From Octopus sinensis (lineage: Eukaryota): a stretch of DNA of 64,000 nt. Position numbers and translations under genes: made by a program. The number at the start of each line of letters is the position of its first letter. Positions within the stretch are counted from its first letter, which is position 1. This document shows positions 51,533 to 63,385 of this stretch, piece after piece. The DNA lies in the NCBI RefSeq assembly GCF_006345805.1, contig NC_043024.1, forward strand, positions 16,926,001-16,990,000, read 5' to 3'. The notes under the pieces are model-generated. The model did no database searches and was not told the DNA's origin. It saw only the letters and a list, made by a program, of their open reading frames with translations.

Positions 51533-52042
51533 GGTTGTATACTGTCAACTTAACGTGACAGTAGAGGATTACACCACCGCTGTTTAGCCCTAGAAAGCAT
51601 CAACGCTTTCTGATGGCTTCGACACACTGTGTCCTTATATATTTAAGAAGGGGAGACAAATACCCCCAACAGCTAGGCCTGCATCTAGAGACATGCCCCA
51701 CCACTCTACATATCTCTATGAGATATTTAGAAATTTAATATTTCTGATAAATATATATACACACACACAAAATATGTTATTCATATTTTTGTATCTACAT
51801 CTGTTTCCAGTCGATGGCTCTGTGTTAACTTCCTGTAATTGAGACAAATATCTTCAACAGACTCTGCTTCATCTGTTGAAGCAAAACCGCTTTGATGTCA
51901 ACAGATATCATAATAATAACAATATTACATGTGTGTATATTTCATATACACCACATAGTACAAACACATACACATGTAATGATGTAGGAGAGTGTGTTAT
52001 ATATGCATTCTGCATTATATTGTGTGTATTGTGCAATATATA

Positions 52043-52075
<33 letters not shown>

Positions 52076-53035
52076 CAGGAGAGCGAGAGAGATGTTGATT
52101 GACAGATATATAAATATATGTTTATACACACATGTGCATGCACACGCACGTATATCTACATGTATGTGCAGTCACCAAATTTCAGCGATTAGATATTCTA
52201 ACCATTTGGAGCCAGTGTTCAGATTAAAACATACACGTTCATATCAGACACACTCGTGGACATATACAAAAACACAGGTACCTACACAGAGACATACACA
52301 AACTTATATTTTAACTAACCATCCATTCCCCTCTTCTTCCACCCCCCCCCACCTTCAGATGCTTACATGTATACATACTTATCTATACACACACACACAC
52401 ACAGACATACACATTGTATGTTTAGCATCAAATGAAAAAAATGAAAATTGAATGAACTTGCTTTCGACAATTTCTCTGTGACTCTTCCATTTAAAACTAA
52501 ACTAAAATAAAATAAACGTTTTTCTATGTCGATTTAAGTGTTTGATTAACTATTTTCACTGAAAAGAACTGATTTTTATTGATAAAAAAAAAATAATAAA
52601 AAAGAAACAAAAGAAACAATCTCAGCCATTTTGGCTGCCAAAGAAACAAAAAAAAAACAACCAAAGATAAAAACTTTGGATGAAATATCTCAACAAAATA
52701 TGTATCTATCTTTTTGAATATTTTTCAGCTTTTTTTCTGGATTTCTAAGCAGGTAAATCAAATACAAAATTCTTATCCAAAGGAATGGGTTGTATATCTT
52801 GGTGTTTGACTTTTATTTGGTTCTTTTTAAAACATTTTGTTTGTAGTTTTTTATTTATTTATTTATTTGATATATTTATTAGTATTATTATTTATTATTT
52901 TTATTAATATCATTATTTTTGTCAATGTTTTCATGAAACGTCTGCTTTCTTTACATTTAGATTCTGTAGAGAACGTATACAAAAAAAAAAAAAACCAAAG
53001 GTTGCTTGCTATTTTATTTGAGTGATGGTGATATC

Positions 53036-53066
<31 letters not shown>

Positions 53067-53102
53067 CTATCCATCTATCTATATCTATCAATATACATAT
53101 AT

Positions 53103-53149
<47 letters not shown>

Positions 53150-53403
53150 AATTGGCTTGTTAATGTGTTTAGATAGTCAATATTTGTTCTCTGTTTGTAG
53201 TACTCTGTTGAACATTTTTCTTTTAAAATGTGTGTGTGTACCAGTAGTGTTGAATAACTGTAGAACCATTTGTTTCATCATCCTAAACACTTCAGATGAC
53301 AGCTAGGTACATGTTTGATTCTCTGTTCCTGCAAAACCAACTTTGCAAACAAATGAGCCATAAAGGTACAGCAATAATACCACACTAGACACGGTTAGCT
53401 ATT

Positions 53404-53438
<35 letters not shown>

Positions 53439-53617
53439 CACACACACATATATATATATATATAAATATATATGTAATTATTTTTCATTTCCTTTGAAAA
53501 TTGCTATTAAATGTGGTTTTGGTCATTTTGGCTGCTTCTAGCATGTAAAATGACCTGTTAAAGGGTAGTTTTCTCTTGAGTTTAAATGTACACTATTTTA
53601 TAAATACACACACACAC

Positions 53618-53690
<73 letters not shown>

Positions 53691-53927
53691 ACATGTATGT
53701 ATATAATCAATGGTCCTTGTAAGGTACAAAGTTTGGGTATTTTTACTGATTTCCTTTGAAGCCCTTAACCCAAGTTCTGGGCTGTCAACCCTGTCAGATT
53801 CCAGACCAATACCAAAATTCTTCAGGTGTAGAAAATCCTGGTTTCACAATGGTAAAACCGTTGTATGAATTTATTGAACAATAAAACAAAGAAATGATTT
53901 AACCCACCTTTAATGTTCAGTATGTGA

Positions 53928-54024
53928 AGGCGCATGGCTCAGTGGTTAGAACGTCGAGCTTGCGATCGGGAGGTTGTGAGTTCAAATCCCGGACCGAGCT
54001 GTGTGTTGTGTTCTTGAGCAAGAC
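53928..54024 (+). mobile_element. SINE family C 5' fragment (tRNA-like head)
   Basis: GGCGCATGGCTCAGTGGTTAGA...GAGTTCAAATCCC followed by the SINE body GTGTTGTGTTCTTGAGCAAGAC. Confidence 0.8.
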
Positions 54025-55069
54025 AACGTCATTTTGCGCAAAAATTCAAAGTGAAAATTTGTAATATTTGCAGTTTTAGACATTAGAGAGGTACTTCAAA
54101 AGACTTGCATCAAAGGTGTGCTCTTACATTGTTTATCTTCAAGACATGGTTTTTTGATTAAATTGAGTGGAAACAAAAAGTAAATAAAGTTATGGTTAAG
54201 GGATGAATAATTACTACAGAGAGCATGTTAAAGTTGTATTATACATATATTATATACACTGCATATATTCAGGTAGTTTATGATGTATTAAATGACATCC
54301 TCCAAAAAATAACAATGAAGTGGGATTTATATTTTCATTAGCAAAAGGAAACAATATCCTAGCAGCAATTGTTAGGAAACTTTAAGGATCAGATAATTTC
54401 TGGAAATTAAGAAACAATTCAACTAAAAATTTAATTTTCATGCTTGAGGGAAAAATATTTTGATTTTTGATTACAGGCAAGTGACAGCAATGAACTTATA
54501 TATTTGGTCTTATATATATTATAAATGTTTCTTTTCTGATGTGTTATATTGTAGAAGATGTAATTGTTACCTGTTTGGTCCAGTCATGTGTTTTAGCATT
54601 TTCTTATATTTTTGCTGAAATACACTATTTTTGCTTCAATTAAGAATTTATGAAGACCTTAGTAACATTATTTTGATTTTAATTTATGTTCCAAACACCA
54701 GCATAATAAATAAGAAATTTTTATGGAAGGTTGTTTTAATTCACTTTAAAAGAAGTAACTCATTATATAGATCCAAGTGGTTTCAGTCAGGCAGCTTGGT
54801 ATGAAAAGATTTAAAAGGTGATATGCTATGTATTATATTTAACATGGATTGGTATTGCATATATCATGTCTTCTGGCATGTGAGACTGTATTGCATATAG
54901 TTGAATGTTATGTATACAGGTGACATGGTGTATATATATAAGACATAGTGGTACAACAAGGTACCAGTGTTTGCTGGAAATAGCAGTTGATAATGATACG
55001 ATGCTTTGTAAAGTTTCATTAAAATGTATACTGCCAAAGATGCATACACAGAGCGAACTTAAAAAAATG

Positions 55070-55257
55070 TTTGTCTTACCTCTAGGAAGAACATCAGAAG
55101 ATTCACCTGAGATGAAATTTTTATCTCAGGTGAATCTAGCTGATGAGGACTAATCAAATTTATGATAACAAACGTATTTTGTAAAGTCTGAAACTCAGGT
55201 CCTTATTATCCACTCTAGATAGTCCATTTTCCGATATATTCCTAGATGTAAGACAAA
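55070..55257. mobile_element. Fold-back element with a central perfect hairpin and a hammerhead core
   Basis: Outer inverted repeat matches 18/19 (55070-55088 vs 55239-55257). Central 15-bp perfect stem at 55099-55113/55123-55137. CTGATGA-GGAC...GTCT-GAAA-CTCAGG-TC at 55140-55201. Confidence 0.8.
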
Positions 55258-55378
55258 AATTTATATATATATACACATACATATATATACATATAATAAT
55301 AATATTAGGGAATATTCCAAACTTACAGGGAAAAATTCAATTTAGTAATACTAAATCAAATTTCGCAATACATAATAC

Positions 55379-55769
55379 ATGTATATAAATTAGAGAACCA
55401 CCATGAGGCAATTCAACAATGATATACTTAAATCATACCATATAGAAAATTGTAAAATTACATATTTTTATATATATATTTATCTTTTCTTTTAAGATAA
55501 TATACGTACTTTTATTTAATTATTTTATTGTTTTTATCTTAGACCTGATGAGTGACTATATCTAAACTGAATTGATTTTATTGTTATCAATTTGAAAATA
55601 TAGCCCTGAAATACGTGTAGCCTATTTACTATTTATATACTATTTATTTATTAGTACTTTATTTAGTTCTAGGTAAATGTTTTATTGTATGTTTAATTTT
55701 TTTCTATATGGTATGATTTAAGTATATCATTGTTGAATTGCTTCTTGTGGTCCTTCTCTAATTATATAC

Positions 55770-55771
<2 letters not shown>
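55379..55771. mobile_element. Fold-back element (~70-bp arms) enclosing a hammerhead
   Basis: GCAATTCAACAATGATATACTTAAATCATACCATATAGAAAA is perfectly inverted at ~55700-55741. Confidence 0.85.
55540..55624 (+). ncRNA. Hammerhead ribozyme motif, core intact
   Basis: TAGAC-CTGATGA-GTGACTATAT...ATATAGCCCT-GAAA-TACGTG-TA-GCCTA, with stem I 4/5 paired and a GUA triplet. Confidence 0.55.
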
Positions 55772-55802
<31 letters not shown>

Positions 55803-56274
55803 CACACATATCTATACATATATATATATATACATACATATATATATATATATATATACACATACACACACACACACACATATATATATATACATATATA
55901 CACACATATATACATACATACATATATATACATACACATACATACACAAATGCACATACGCACGCACGCCCCCCCCCCCCCCACACACACACACATATAT
56001 ATACACGATATCCAGCATTGGTTCTACACATTATAGTAATTATCTTGGAGCTAAAATCTGAGAGTACCACACAAATTCTGAAAAACTAACAAAATTTCTT
56101 AATCTGACTTAAAACATGAATAAAATGAGGAAGAAAGTTCACTTGTGGCACAGAAGAAGCAGGAGAAGAGGATTGGGAGAGGATGATGGAGATGTGGTCT
56201 TATGACTGGTTAAGTAATCTTGTCAGATAACAAACTGACAATAGCATCAGAGCCAGACCCCACCCTCTATTACC

Positions 56275-56525
56275 TTTTGGTTCATTCCCCTCCCTGATTG
56301 CACTATAGTGCAATTGCCTGTATTTGGACATCTTCAACATTGTTGCCTTGCAAAGTGATAGATAGCAGGTTCAAACCCCATTAGTACCCCCTTGACTTTT
56401 TTCTCTCTCACGTATTGATGTTTATTAATATCTCTAATATTATTTACTTTATAATCTTAGCAGTTAATTCCTAATTTGGTTCATGGAGTTATTTCTTGTT
56501 GCAATCATCCAACCAAGCTGGGATA
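56275..56525. repeat. Dispersed repeat; a second copy at 59755-59912 plus 60341-60428 is interrupted
   Basis: Shared CATCTTCAACATTGTT.CCTTGCAA.GTGATAGATAGCAGGTTCA and TTTACTTTATAATCTTAGCAGTTAATTC. Confidence 0.85.
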
Positions 56526-56852
56526 ACTTTGTATATTTTAGACATTAAGTTAAGTAACTTATCCACCTTGTGCTAAATGATTGATGAATTATTTTGGAGA
56601 GATAAAAGTTTTCCCTTCTGCTGCAGGATGAAAGCCACAGCATACCATGGCCAGTTTATTTCTGCTAGTTGTAGACCTATGTGTCTACACAGGGCAATGT
56701 TTGATGGAAAATCTAGTGCCTTTTTGGTTATAGCTAACCATGGGTTTCTACACCTGGTAAATTCCTTTCCATCTTGTAGGCCAGGGCAAGGATTTTGTTA
56801 CAGATGTGCAGTTAAAAAAACGAAAGGTAAAACTACCTTCTTGAGTCATAAG

Positions 56853-57295
56853 GGCCAGTTTTCCAGTTTCATAGCCTATATATTCCACACCTGGATGGGA
56901 TGCTGGTCTGTCGCAGGGTTGCTCACTTTTGTCAGCTGAGTGGACAGGATCAACATGAAGTGAAGTGTTTTGGTCAAGAACACATTGCATCATGCGGTTC
57001 AGGAATCAAAACCACAATCTTACAATCATGAGTCCAACACCCTAACCACTTAGCCACATGCCTCCTCTACGGACTCACAGGGCCAGCTTCCCGGTCTCAT
57101 GGCATATATTTTATGCACTTAGATGGGACGCTGGTCTGTTGCAGGGTTACTCAGTTTTGCTTGCTGAGTGGACAGGAGCAACATGAAATGAAGTATTTTG
57201 CTCAAGAACACAACGCTTCGCCCGGTCCAGGAATCAAAACCACAATCTTATGATCATGAGCCCAAAACCATAACCACTAAGCCATGTGCCTCCAC
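56853..57295 (-). mobile_element. Two tandem SINE family C copies (56853-57064 and 57075-57295)
   Basis: Each ends AACCACT(T/A)AGCCA(C/T)(A/G)TGCCTCC. Confidence 0.85.
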
Positions 57296-57372
57296 ATGTT
57301 AGCAGTTACATGTGTTTGTTTAGTCTCTTCCATCTGTGCCACAGGAGTTGTCCAACAGGAGGTAAATCTCAC

Positions 57373-57456
57373 ACAGTCTGCAACCAATTTCAATGTAGCC
57401 ATTGCTGTTGGAACACAGAAACTTAGCAAGTCCTTCAAGACATCCACTGCCTTCAA
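57373..57456 (-). CDS. Candidate 84-nt orphan exon, product unknown
   Basis: CCTTTTCTTCTG...AATCAG acceptor and TGT|GTGAGA donor. Two frames are open (LKAVDVLKDLLSFCVPTAMATLKLVADC or EGSGCLEGLAKFLCSNSNGYIEIGCRL). Confidence 0.28.
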
Positions 57457-57924
57457 CTGATTGTGTTTTAGTGACCCCAACAGAAGAAAAGGTAATTCTT
57501 TGCTTGTAGCACAAAGGGTCATGAAGTAACCAAAATTCTAAGGACTCAGTTCAATATGCACCTGGTTGAGTATTCCATGGATACATTTACTCCTAATGTG
57601 ACCCTCAGACAGGGTCAATGTGGCAGTGGGAACCTTTGAATTACTGTTACAGTCCATCTGTGGCTTCCATACAGTTTCCATTTATTCAATTTCCTCTCAC
57701 AGGATTTGGATCAATCCAAAGTTATAATAAAAACCCAAGGTATCACACACTGGACGTGAACCTACAACCTCATGCATGTAAAGCCAGCATTTCAACCACC
57801 CAGTCATGTCACATCTATAATCATATAATCACAATAACTACATCATATGTTGTGTGCTACCATCTGTATCTTTCGGTGTGGGTTTGATCTGGAGAAGGAG
57901 TCTGTAGCTATAACCTTCACCCTT

Positions 57925-58650
57925 CAAGACTATTGAGATTGACATGATTAGCGTTTCTCTCTAAGACTGTTGAGATTGAGATCTCTTCAAAACTAATGGC
58001 GTTGACATGACTAACGTTCCTCTCTGAGGGTGTTGATATTGATGTGACCAATGTTTCATGCTGACACTGTTGAGATTGACATGACTAATGATTAGTGAGA
58101 TTGACATTACTAATCTCTCTTTCCAAAACTTGAGATTGATGTGACTATAGAAATTGATGTGATTAATGTTTCCCTCAAAGACTGGTGAGATTGACATGAT
58201 TGTGTGCAAGGCTTGAGATTAACATAACTGAAATTTCTCTCCGAGATTGGGGAGATTGACATGAATAATGCTTCTCTCGTAAACTGTTGAGATTCCAAGA
58301 CTGTAGAGAGTGGCATGATTAATGTTTCTCTCAAAGACTGGTGACATTGATGTGATTAATGTTGCTATTTAAGACTGTTGATGTTGACATGACTAATGTT
58401 TTTCTCCAAGACTGTTGAGATTGATGTGATTAATGTTTATGTCCAAGCCTTGAGATTGACATGACTTATGCTTCTCTTCATGACTGATGATATTGACATG
58501 ATTAATTTTTCTCTTAAAGGCTGGTGAGATTGATGTGATTAATGTTTCTCTCTAAGATTGATGAGATTGACATAATTAATGTTTCTCTCCACGACTATTT
58601 ATATTGTCATGATTAAGTTTCTCTCAAAGGCTGTTGACATTGACATTTCT
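57925..58650. repeat. 37-bp minisatellite (~19-20 diverged units)
   Basis: Consensus AAGACTGTTGAGATTGACATGATTAATGTTTCTCTCC, with unit starts at 58334, 58371, 58408 and 58445. Confidence 0.93.
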
Positions 58651-59914
58651 CTTCAAATTCAAATTCCCTTGTGCAGGTATTCTGGGAGGGGTGGAAAATA
58701 AGAAGGTGTAGGGGTTAGTGTAGAGCCTGAAAGCCAAGGGGATACAATTATGAACTGACACACAAACATCTCTGGGTACTTTCTTACTTTTATGCTTTGA
58801 GAAATATGTCAAATAACATTATTCATGGCAAACAAAATCATATTTCAAAAAATCTAGCTTTTCACTGTTTAGACAAAGACATACTGTTTATACTCAGAGT
58901 GTCTCTCCTTACACACATATTTCCCCACTCTTATACTCTGATATCCTCCTCACATACTCTCAATATTAATCTTTGCTTTAAGTAGGTAAATTAGTTATTT
59001 TGTGCTATTTTCTATTATGAAAATTTATCAATATGTTTAGATTTTTTCTAATCACCTCCATCTCTCTTCCCTCCAATGTTTTCTTTAATTATATTTTAAT
59101 CATTTTTTAAACTAAAACTTTTAATGATCTAATTTCCAATTAGTCACATTTAATGGTGTTTCAATTTGAAATAGTTTTTATCACAATCAACTATCGACGA
59201 ACAATTCACATTATGTTGTTGTTGTTGCTGTCACTGTTGTTGTTGTTGTTGTTTTTAATGATGATGATGATATCGTCATTAATGTTGTCTTTGTTGTTAT
59301 TTTAAATAAATTTATTTCTCATATTTTTATGAGATTTAGAATGTGAATAATCATAATTCTATTTATTTATTGATTTAATTTTGGTAGTTCAATACATCAT
59401 ATGAACCAATAAGCCCTAATTAAGTTTGCTTTGCAACCACAATGTGCTAAGTTCAATCTCACTGTGGTGTACTTTGCCCAGGGTCTTCCACTGTAGCTGA
59501 TAAAAGCTGTGTAGAATCTCATCAAATGGATTGTACTTTGTCACACTGACTCTGCTTGGTGATTATGTTTATGGTACAAGTGTGTGTGGGATACTCAGCC
59601 ATTGATGTGTTAATTTAATAGGCAGGTATCCAGATGAAAAAATGGATGAAAACTCCTGCTGGAAAATTCCGAGATTAATTTCTCTTTGTAGAATCAATAC
59701 AAACAATTCAAGACCAAGAAATTAAACAGCCCTGCCCCTTCCCTCTGTTGTTTTCCGGTTCCTTTCCATCACTGATTACACTAAAGAACACCTGCCTGTA
59801 TTCAAGCATCTTCAACATTGTTACCTTGCAAGTGATAGATAGCAGGTTCAGACTCCATCAGTACCTACCCTCCCGTTGATATTTTCTCTCACCAGTCAAT
59901 GTTTATTAATGTCC

Positions 59915-60340
59915 CATGTAAAAGCACCATCCAAATGTGGCCGATGCCAGCCCCCTCTGGCCCCTGTGCTGGTGGCACATTAAAAGCACCCACTACACCC
60001 TCGGAGTGGTCCAGCTGAATAAACACTGCCAGATCAGATTGGAGCCTGGTGCAGCCTCCTGGCTTCCCAGACCCCAGTCAAACTGTCCAACCCATGCCAG
60101 CATGGAAAACAGACATTAAACGATGATGATGATGATGATGAAGGCGGCAAGGTGACAGAATCATCAGCTTGCTGGACAAAATGCTCAGCGGCATTTCATG
60201 TCTTCACATTCTGAGTTCAAATTCCACCAAGGACTACTTTGCCTTTTGTCCTTTTGGGGTCAATAAAATAAGTACCAGCTGAGTGCTGGGGTCGATCTAA
60301 TTGACTTACCCCTCCCCCACTTATGCCCAAATTTTAAGCC
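59915..60340 (+). mobile_element. SINE-like family B (59915-60140) with family D (60142-60340) attached to its (GAT)n tail
   Basis: GGAAAACAGACATTAAACGATGATGATG followed directly by the GGCGGCAAGGTGACAGAATC family D head. Confidence 0.82.
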
Positions 60341-60467
60341 AATACTATTTACTTTATAATCTTAGCAGTTAATTCTTAATCTGATTTATGGAGTTATTTC
60401 TTATTGCAAACATCAAAACAAGGTGGGACACTAGAATTCTATATTCAAGAGATGAGGAATTATGTAT

Positions 60468-60915
60468 ATTATTTACATTATTTACATTTGATGGATATTT
60501 GTCCTCATCTTGTTTGTTGTTAACACAACGTTTTGGCTGATATACCCTCCAGCCTTCATCAGGTGTCTTGAGGAAATTTCAAACCTGGGTTCTAATACCT
60601 AAAGTATTTTTTATGTTGTTGTTGTTGTTGTTGTTGTTATTATTATTATCATCATTTTTATTATTATTATTATTATTATTACTATTATTGTTATTATTAT
60701 TCAGGTCATTGCCTGGAATCGAACTTGGAATCGTGGTGTTAGTAGCCCATGCTCTCTGTCTACGGGCATATGGCATAGTGGTTAAGAGTGTGGGCTGTTA
60801 ACTCCAAGATTCCAAGTTCGATTCCAGGCAGTGACCTGAATAATAATAATAATAATAACATAAAAAATATGTTAGGTATGACAAATATCCATCAAATGTA
60901 AATAATGTAAATAAT
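60468..60915. mobile_element. Composite fold-back: head-to-head tRNA-derived SINE heads inside perfect 36-bp inverted ends, with a hammerhead-like core in the left arm
   Basis: 60468-60503 is the exact reverse complement of 60880-60915. A/B boxes at 60763-60836 are mirrored at ~60700-60755. Minus strand CTGATGA-AGGCTG-N10-CAGCC-AAAA-CG at 60520-60567. Confidence 0.85.
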
Positions 60916-61289
60916 GATGAAAATGGAAGAAACAACTCCTCATCATCATCATTATCATCACCGTCGTCATTGTTGGCGTCGTCACCACCATCACCATCTA
61001 TGCTTTTGCATCCCACTTTTTACATATTGTCATGGGTTGGATGAGTATTTGTGTTTGTATGTTTGCCTGCCTCTCTCTATATATTTACCTTTCTCACTCT
61101 GTCGCCATACTTTCTCTCTCCCTCACACACACACACACATACATACACAGTGTGTGTATATATATGTGTGTGTGTATGTGTAATCATTTAATATTGCTGA
61201 GCAAAGATTATTTAGTGCATTTTAAAGATGCAAGGTTAATGAGGGTAGGTAATTAGGAACTGATTAGCATGAATGTCTCCTGAGACCTA

Positions 61290-61560
61290 ATTTCTCCAAA
61301 TTATACACACAATCATGTCTGCACATCTGTGTGTGCATGTGTGTGTGTGTGCATGTGTGGTATGTGTGTGCATGTGTTTGTGTGTGTGTGTGTGTACATG
61401 TGTTTGGGTGTGTGTGTGTGCATGCGTTTGGGTGTGTGTGCATGTGCATATGTTTATGAGTGTGTGCATCTTGTATGTATGTTTGTGCATGCATTTGGGT
61501 GTGCATGTGCATCTGCTGTGAGTCTATGCATGTGTGTGTGTGTGTGTGTATACATGTATA
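61290..61560. repeat. (TG)-rich compound microsatellite with CATG interruptions
   Basis: Directly visible. Confidence 0.9.
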
Positions 61561-61878
61561 TATATGTTTAACATACCACCACCATTTCAAGAAAAAAACC
61601 TTGGTGTTGTGTCTAAAGGTTAACCAAGCCACCTGCTAAATTGAAATTGATAAAATGAAAGACTGAAATAATTCATTATACCACTAAGGTTGATTAACCT
61701 CACCCCCAATCTTTTATTGGGTTTCCTGGCACCACTGCAATCCAATGTCTGGAACTTGTAAAAGAAAAGTGTGTGTGTATGTGTATATTTCGTCATCGTT
61801 GTTTAATGTCCACTTAAACGACAATGATATATACAAACACACACACATATATAATATATATGTATGTATATATATGTA

Positions 61879-63035
61879 TCTACTACATATGTGTGTTTGT
61901 GGAGTTGTTAACTAACTCCTCCTACATCGTTTTATCGATTTTGACGAAACTTGACATGTGAGTAGAACTCATGCCTAGAAACCTTGTGACATATTTAGAT
62001 TGTTGAAAAAAATCGATAATAGGGTCCCTGGAAGGGATCCTTATATCTATTACATATAACTAATATTTTATATAAACACCCAAGGGAAATAACCCATAGC
62101 ACCTACATTTACAAGTGTCAGTTTTTAGCGAAGCGATCAATATTTGATTCTCATGATCAGTGGACCTAATTTCACTACTTACAGTTTTGAACTGCTAAAC
62201 CTTATTATTGCACTTTCTTGATTTGAATCTTAAATCTTAAATACTTCATTCATACATTTATATACATACATACTTTTTTGCACTTATGTATACTACATTT
62301 AATAATAATAGACTTGATAAAGTTAGCCTTTAAAATGGCATGACGAGTCAGAGTATGAGTGGGTACTTCTACTCCACAAGCTGCTCTAATGCGACAATAG
62401 TTTGAATGAGTAGTAGACCAATTCTTCATCTATTCTACTTCAATATCTAAACACTTATATACATATTGCTCTAATTAATTTAGACATTGCATTAATAGAC
62501 ATTTTTTCAACATCTCTAAATAACGAACTCCTGGCAATGCATGTAGGGTTTTCACTTAAATTTGATTACACTTTGAATGCCCATAACGAATAGTTCTGTA
62601 TTTTTCCAGTTAAACTTTTTCGATGACAGAAGATAAATTTTTGATTCAAGAACATATTTAATAAGTGTTTCCCAATCCTGCTTTTTCTCATGGACAGCTC
62701 TATGTCGGATGCTCTAGAGTTGGAAATCCGGAAAATTTATTCATCGATGCACCCAACGGCAAAATCAAAATCCTTGTGTATCATGAAGACCTGCAAGACT
62801 AATTTTGGAACAAAGATGCCTCTCCCTCCTACAACCTATCTTGCCAACCTCCGGAAACCTCTCTTGCCAAACTCCGACAATCTTTCCCTTCTCCAGCTGA
62901 CAGTTTTTTTAACTTTTTCACAATGGAAAATACACCTTTTGTTACAGTTAAAACGAAATTGCTTTTTCATATCAGAGAAATAAGGCATTTAACTAAAACA
63001 TCTTTACCCCGGGAATTACTAGGTACAGCAGCTAG
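61879..63035 (+). mobile_element. Non-autonomous Helitron (~1.16 kb)
   Basis: A|TCTACTAC 5' end, CTAG|T 3' end preceded by a degenerate CCCGGG...AGGT hairpin, and an internal helicase fragment. Confidence 0.85.
62668..62802 (+). pseudogene. C-terminal fragment of Helitron RepHel (PIF1-like helicase motif VI)
   Basis: FPNPAFSHGQLYVGCSRVGNPENLFIDAPNGKIKILVYHEDLQD* matches the FSHGQLYVA.SRV...L.I...G.TKNIVY.E.L consensus. Confidence 0.88.
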
Positions 63036-63062
63036 TATGTGTGTGTGTATATATATATATAT

Positions 63063-63385
63063 AGGTGCAGGAGTGGCTGTGTGACTAAGAAGCTTGCTTA
63101 CCAACCACATGGTTCCAGGTTCAGTTGCACTGTGTCACCATGGGCAAGTGCCTTCTACTATAGTCTCAGGTTGACCAAAGCCTTATGAGTGGATTTGGTA
63201 GAAAGAAACTGAAAGAAGCCTGTTGTAGATATATATATATATGTTTATATAGTCAAAGAATTTGAAACCAGGACTTACCTTTTTTTAGTATTTATTCTAT
63301 TAGCATCTTTTGCTGAACCGCTAAATTACTGGGATGTAAACAAACCATTACTGGTTGTCAAGCGATGGTGAGGGGACAAACAACA
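63063..63385. mobile_element. SINE family A 5' half (+, 63063-63228) and inverted 3' fragment (-, ~63300-63385)
   Basis: Canonical motifs. Confidence 0.78.

Noticed and set aside
54905-55153. 82-aa ORF as a possible terminal exon resembling a beta-adaptin (AP-4 beta-like) appendage
   Set aside because: The W..Y...LLE...SLK spacing is suggestive, but my by-eye ungapped match is too weak to be significant. No upstream exons were found, and the last ~30 codons derive from the 55070-55257 fold-back. An HMMER search against the B2-adapt-app_C family would settle it.
57373-57456. Tetraspanin-like GCLxxLxxFLxxN spacing in one frame
   Set aside because: The following residues are not a hydrophobic TM4, and the exon phase and start do not match the conserved tetraspanin exon.
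57296-57460. 54-aa plus-strand ORF with a signal-peptide-like start (MLAVTCVCLVSSICATG)
   Set aside because: It starts immediately beside a SINE end, with no promoter, splice or homology support.
57925-58650. CRISPR-like array
   Set aside because: The units are contiguous, with no unique spacers and no cas genes, and the context is eukaryotic.
62690-62983. 97-aa ORF from the track
   Set aside because: It is the wrong frame. The meaningful peptide is the overlapping Helitron helicase frame at 62668-62802.
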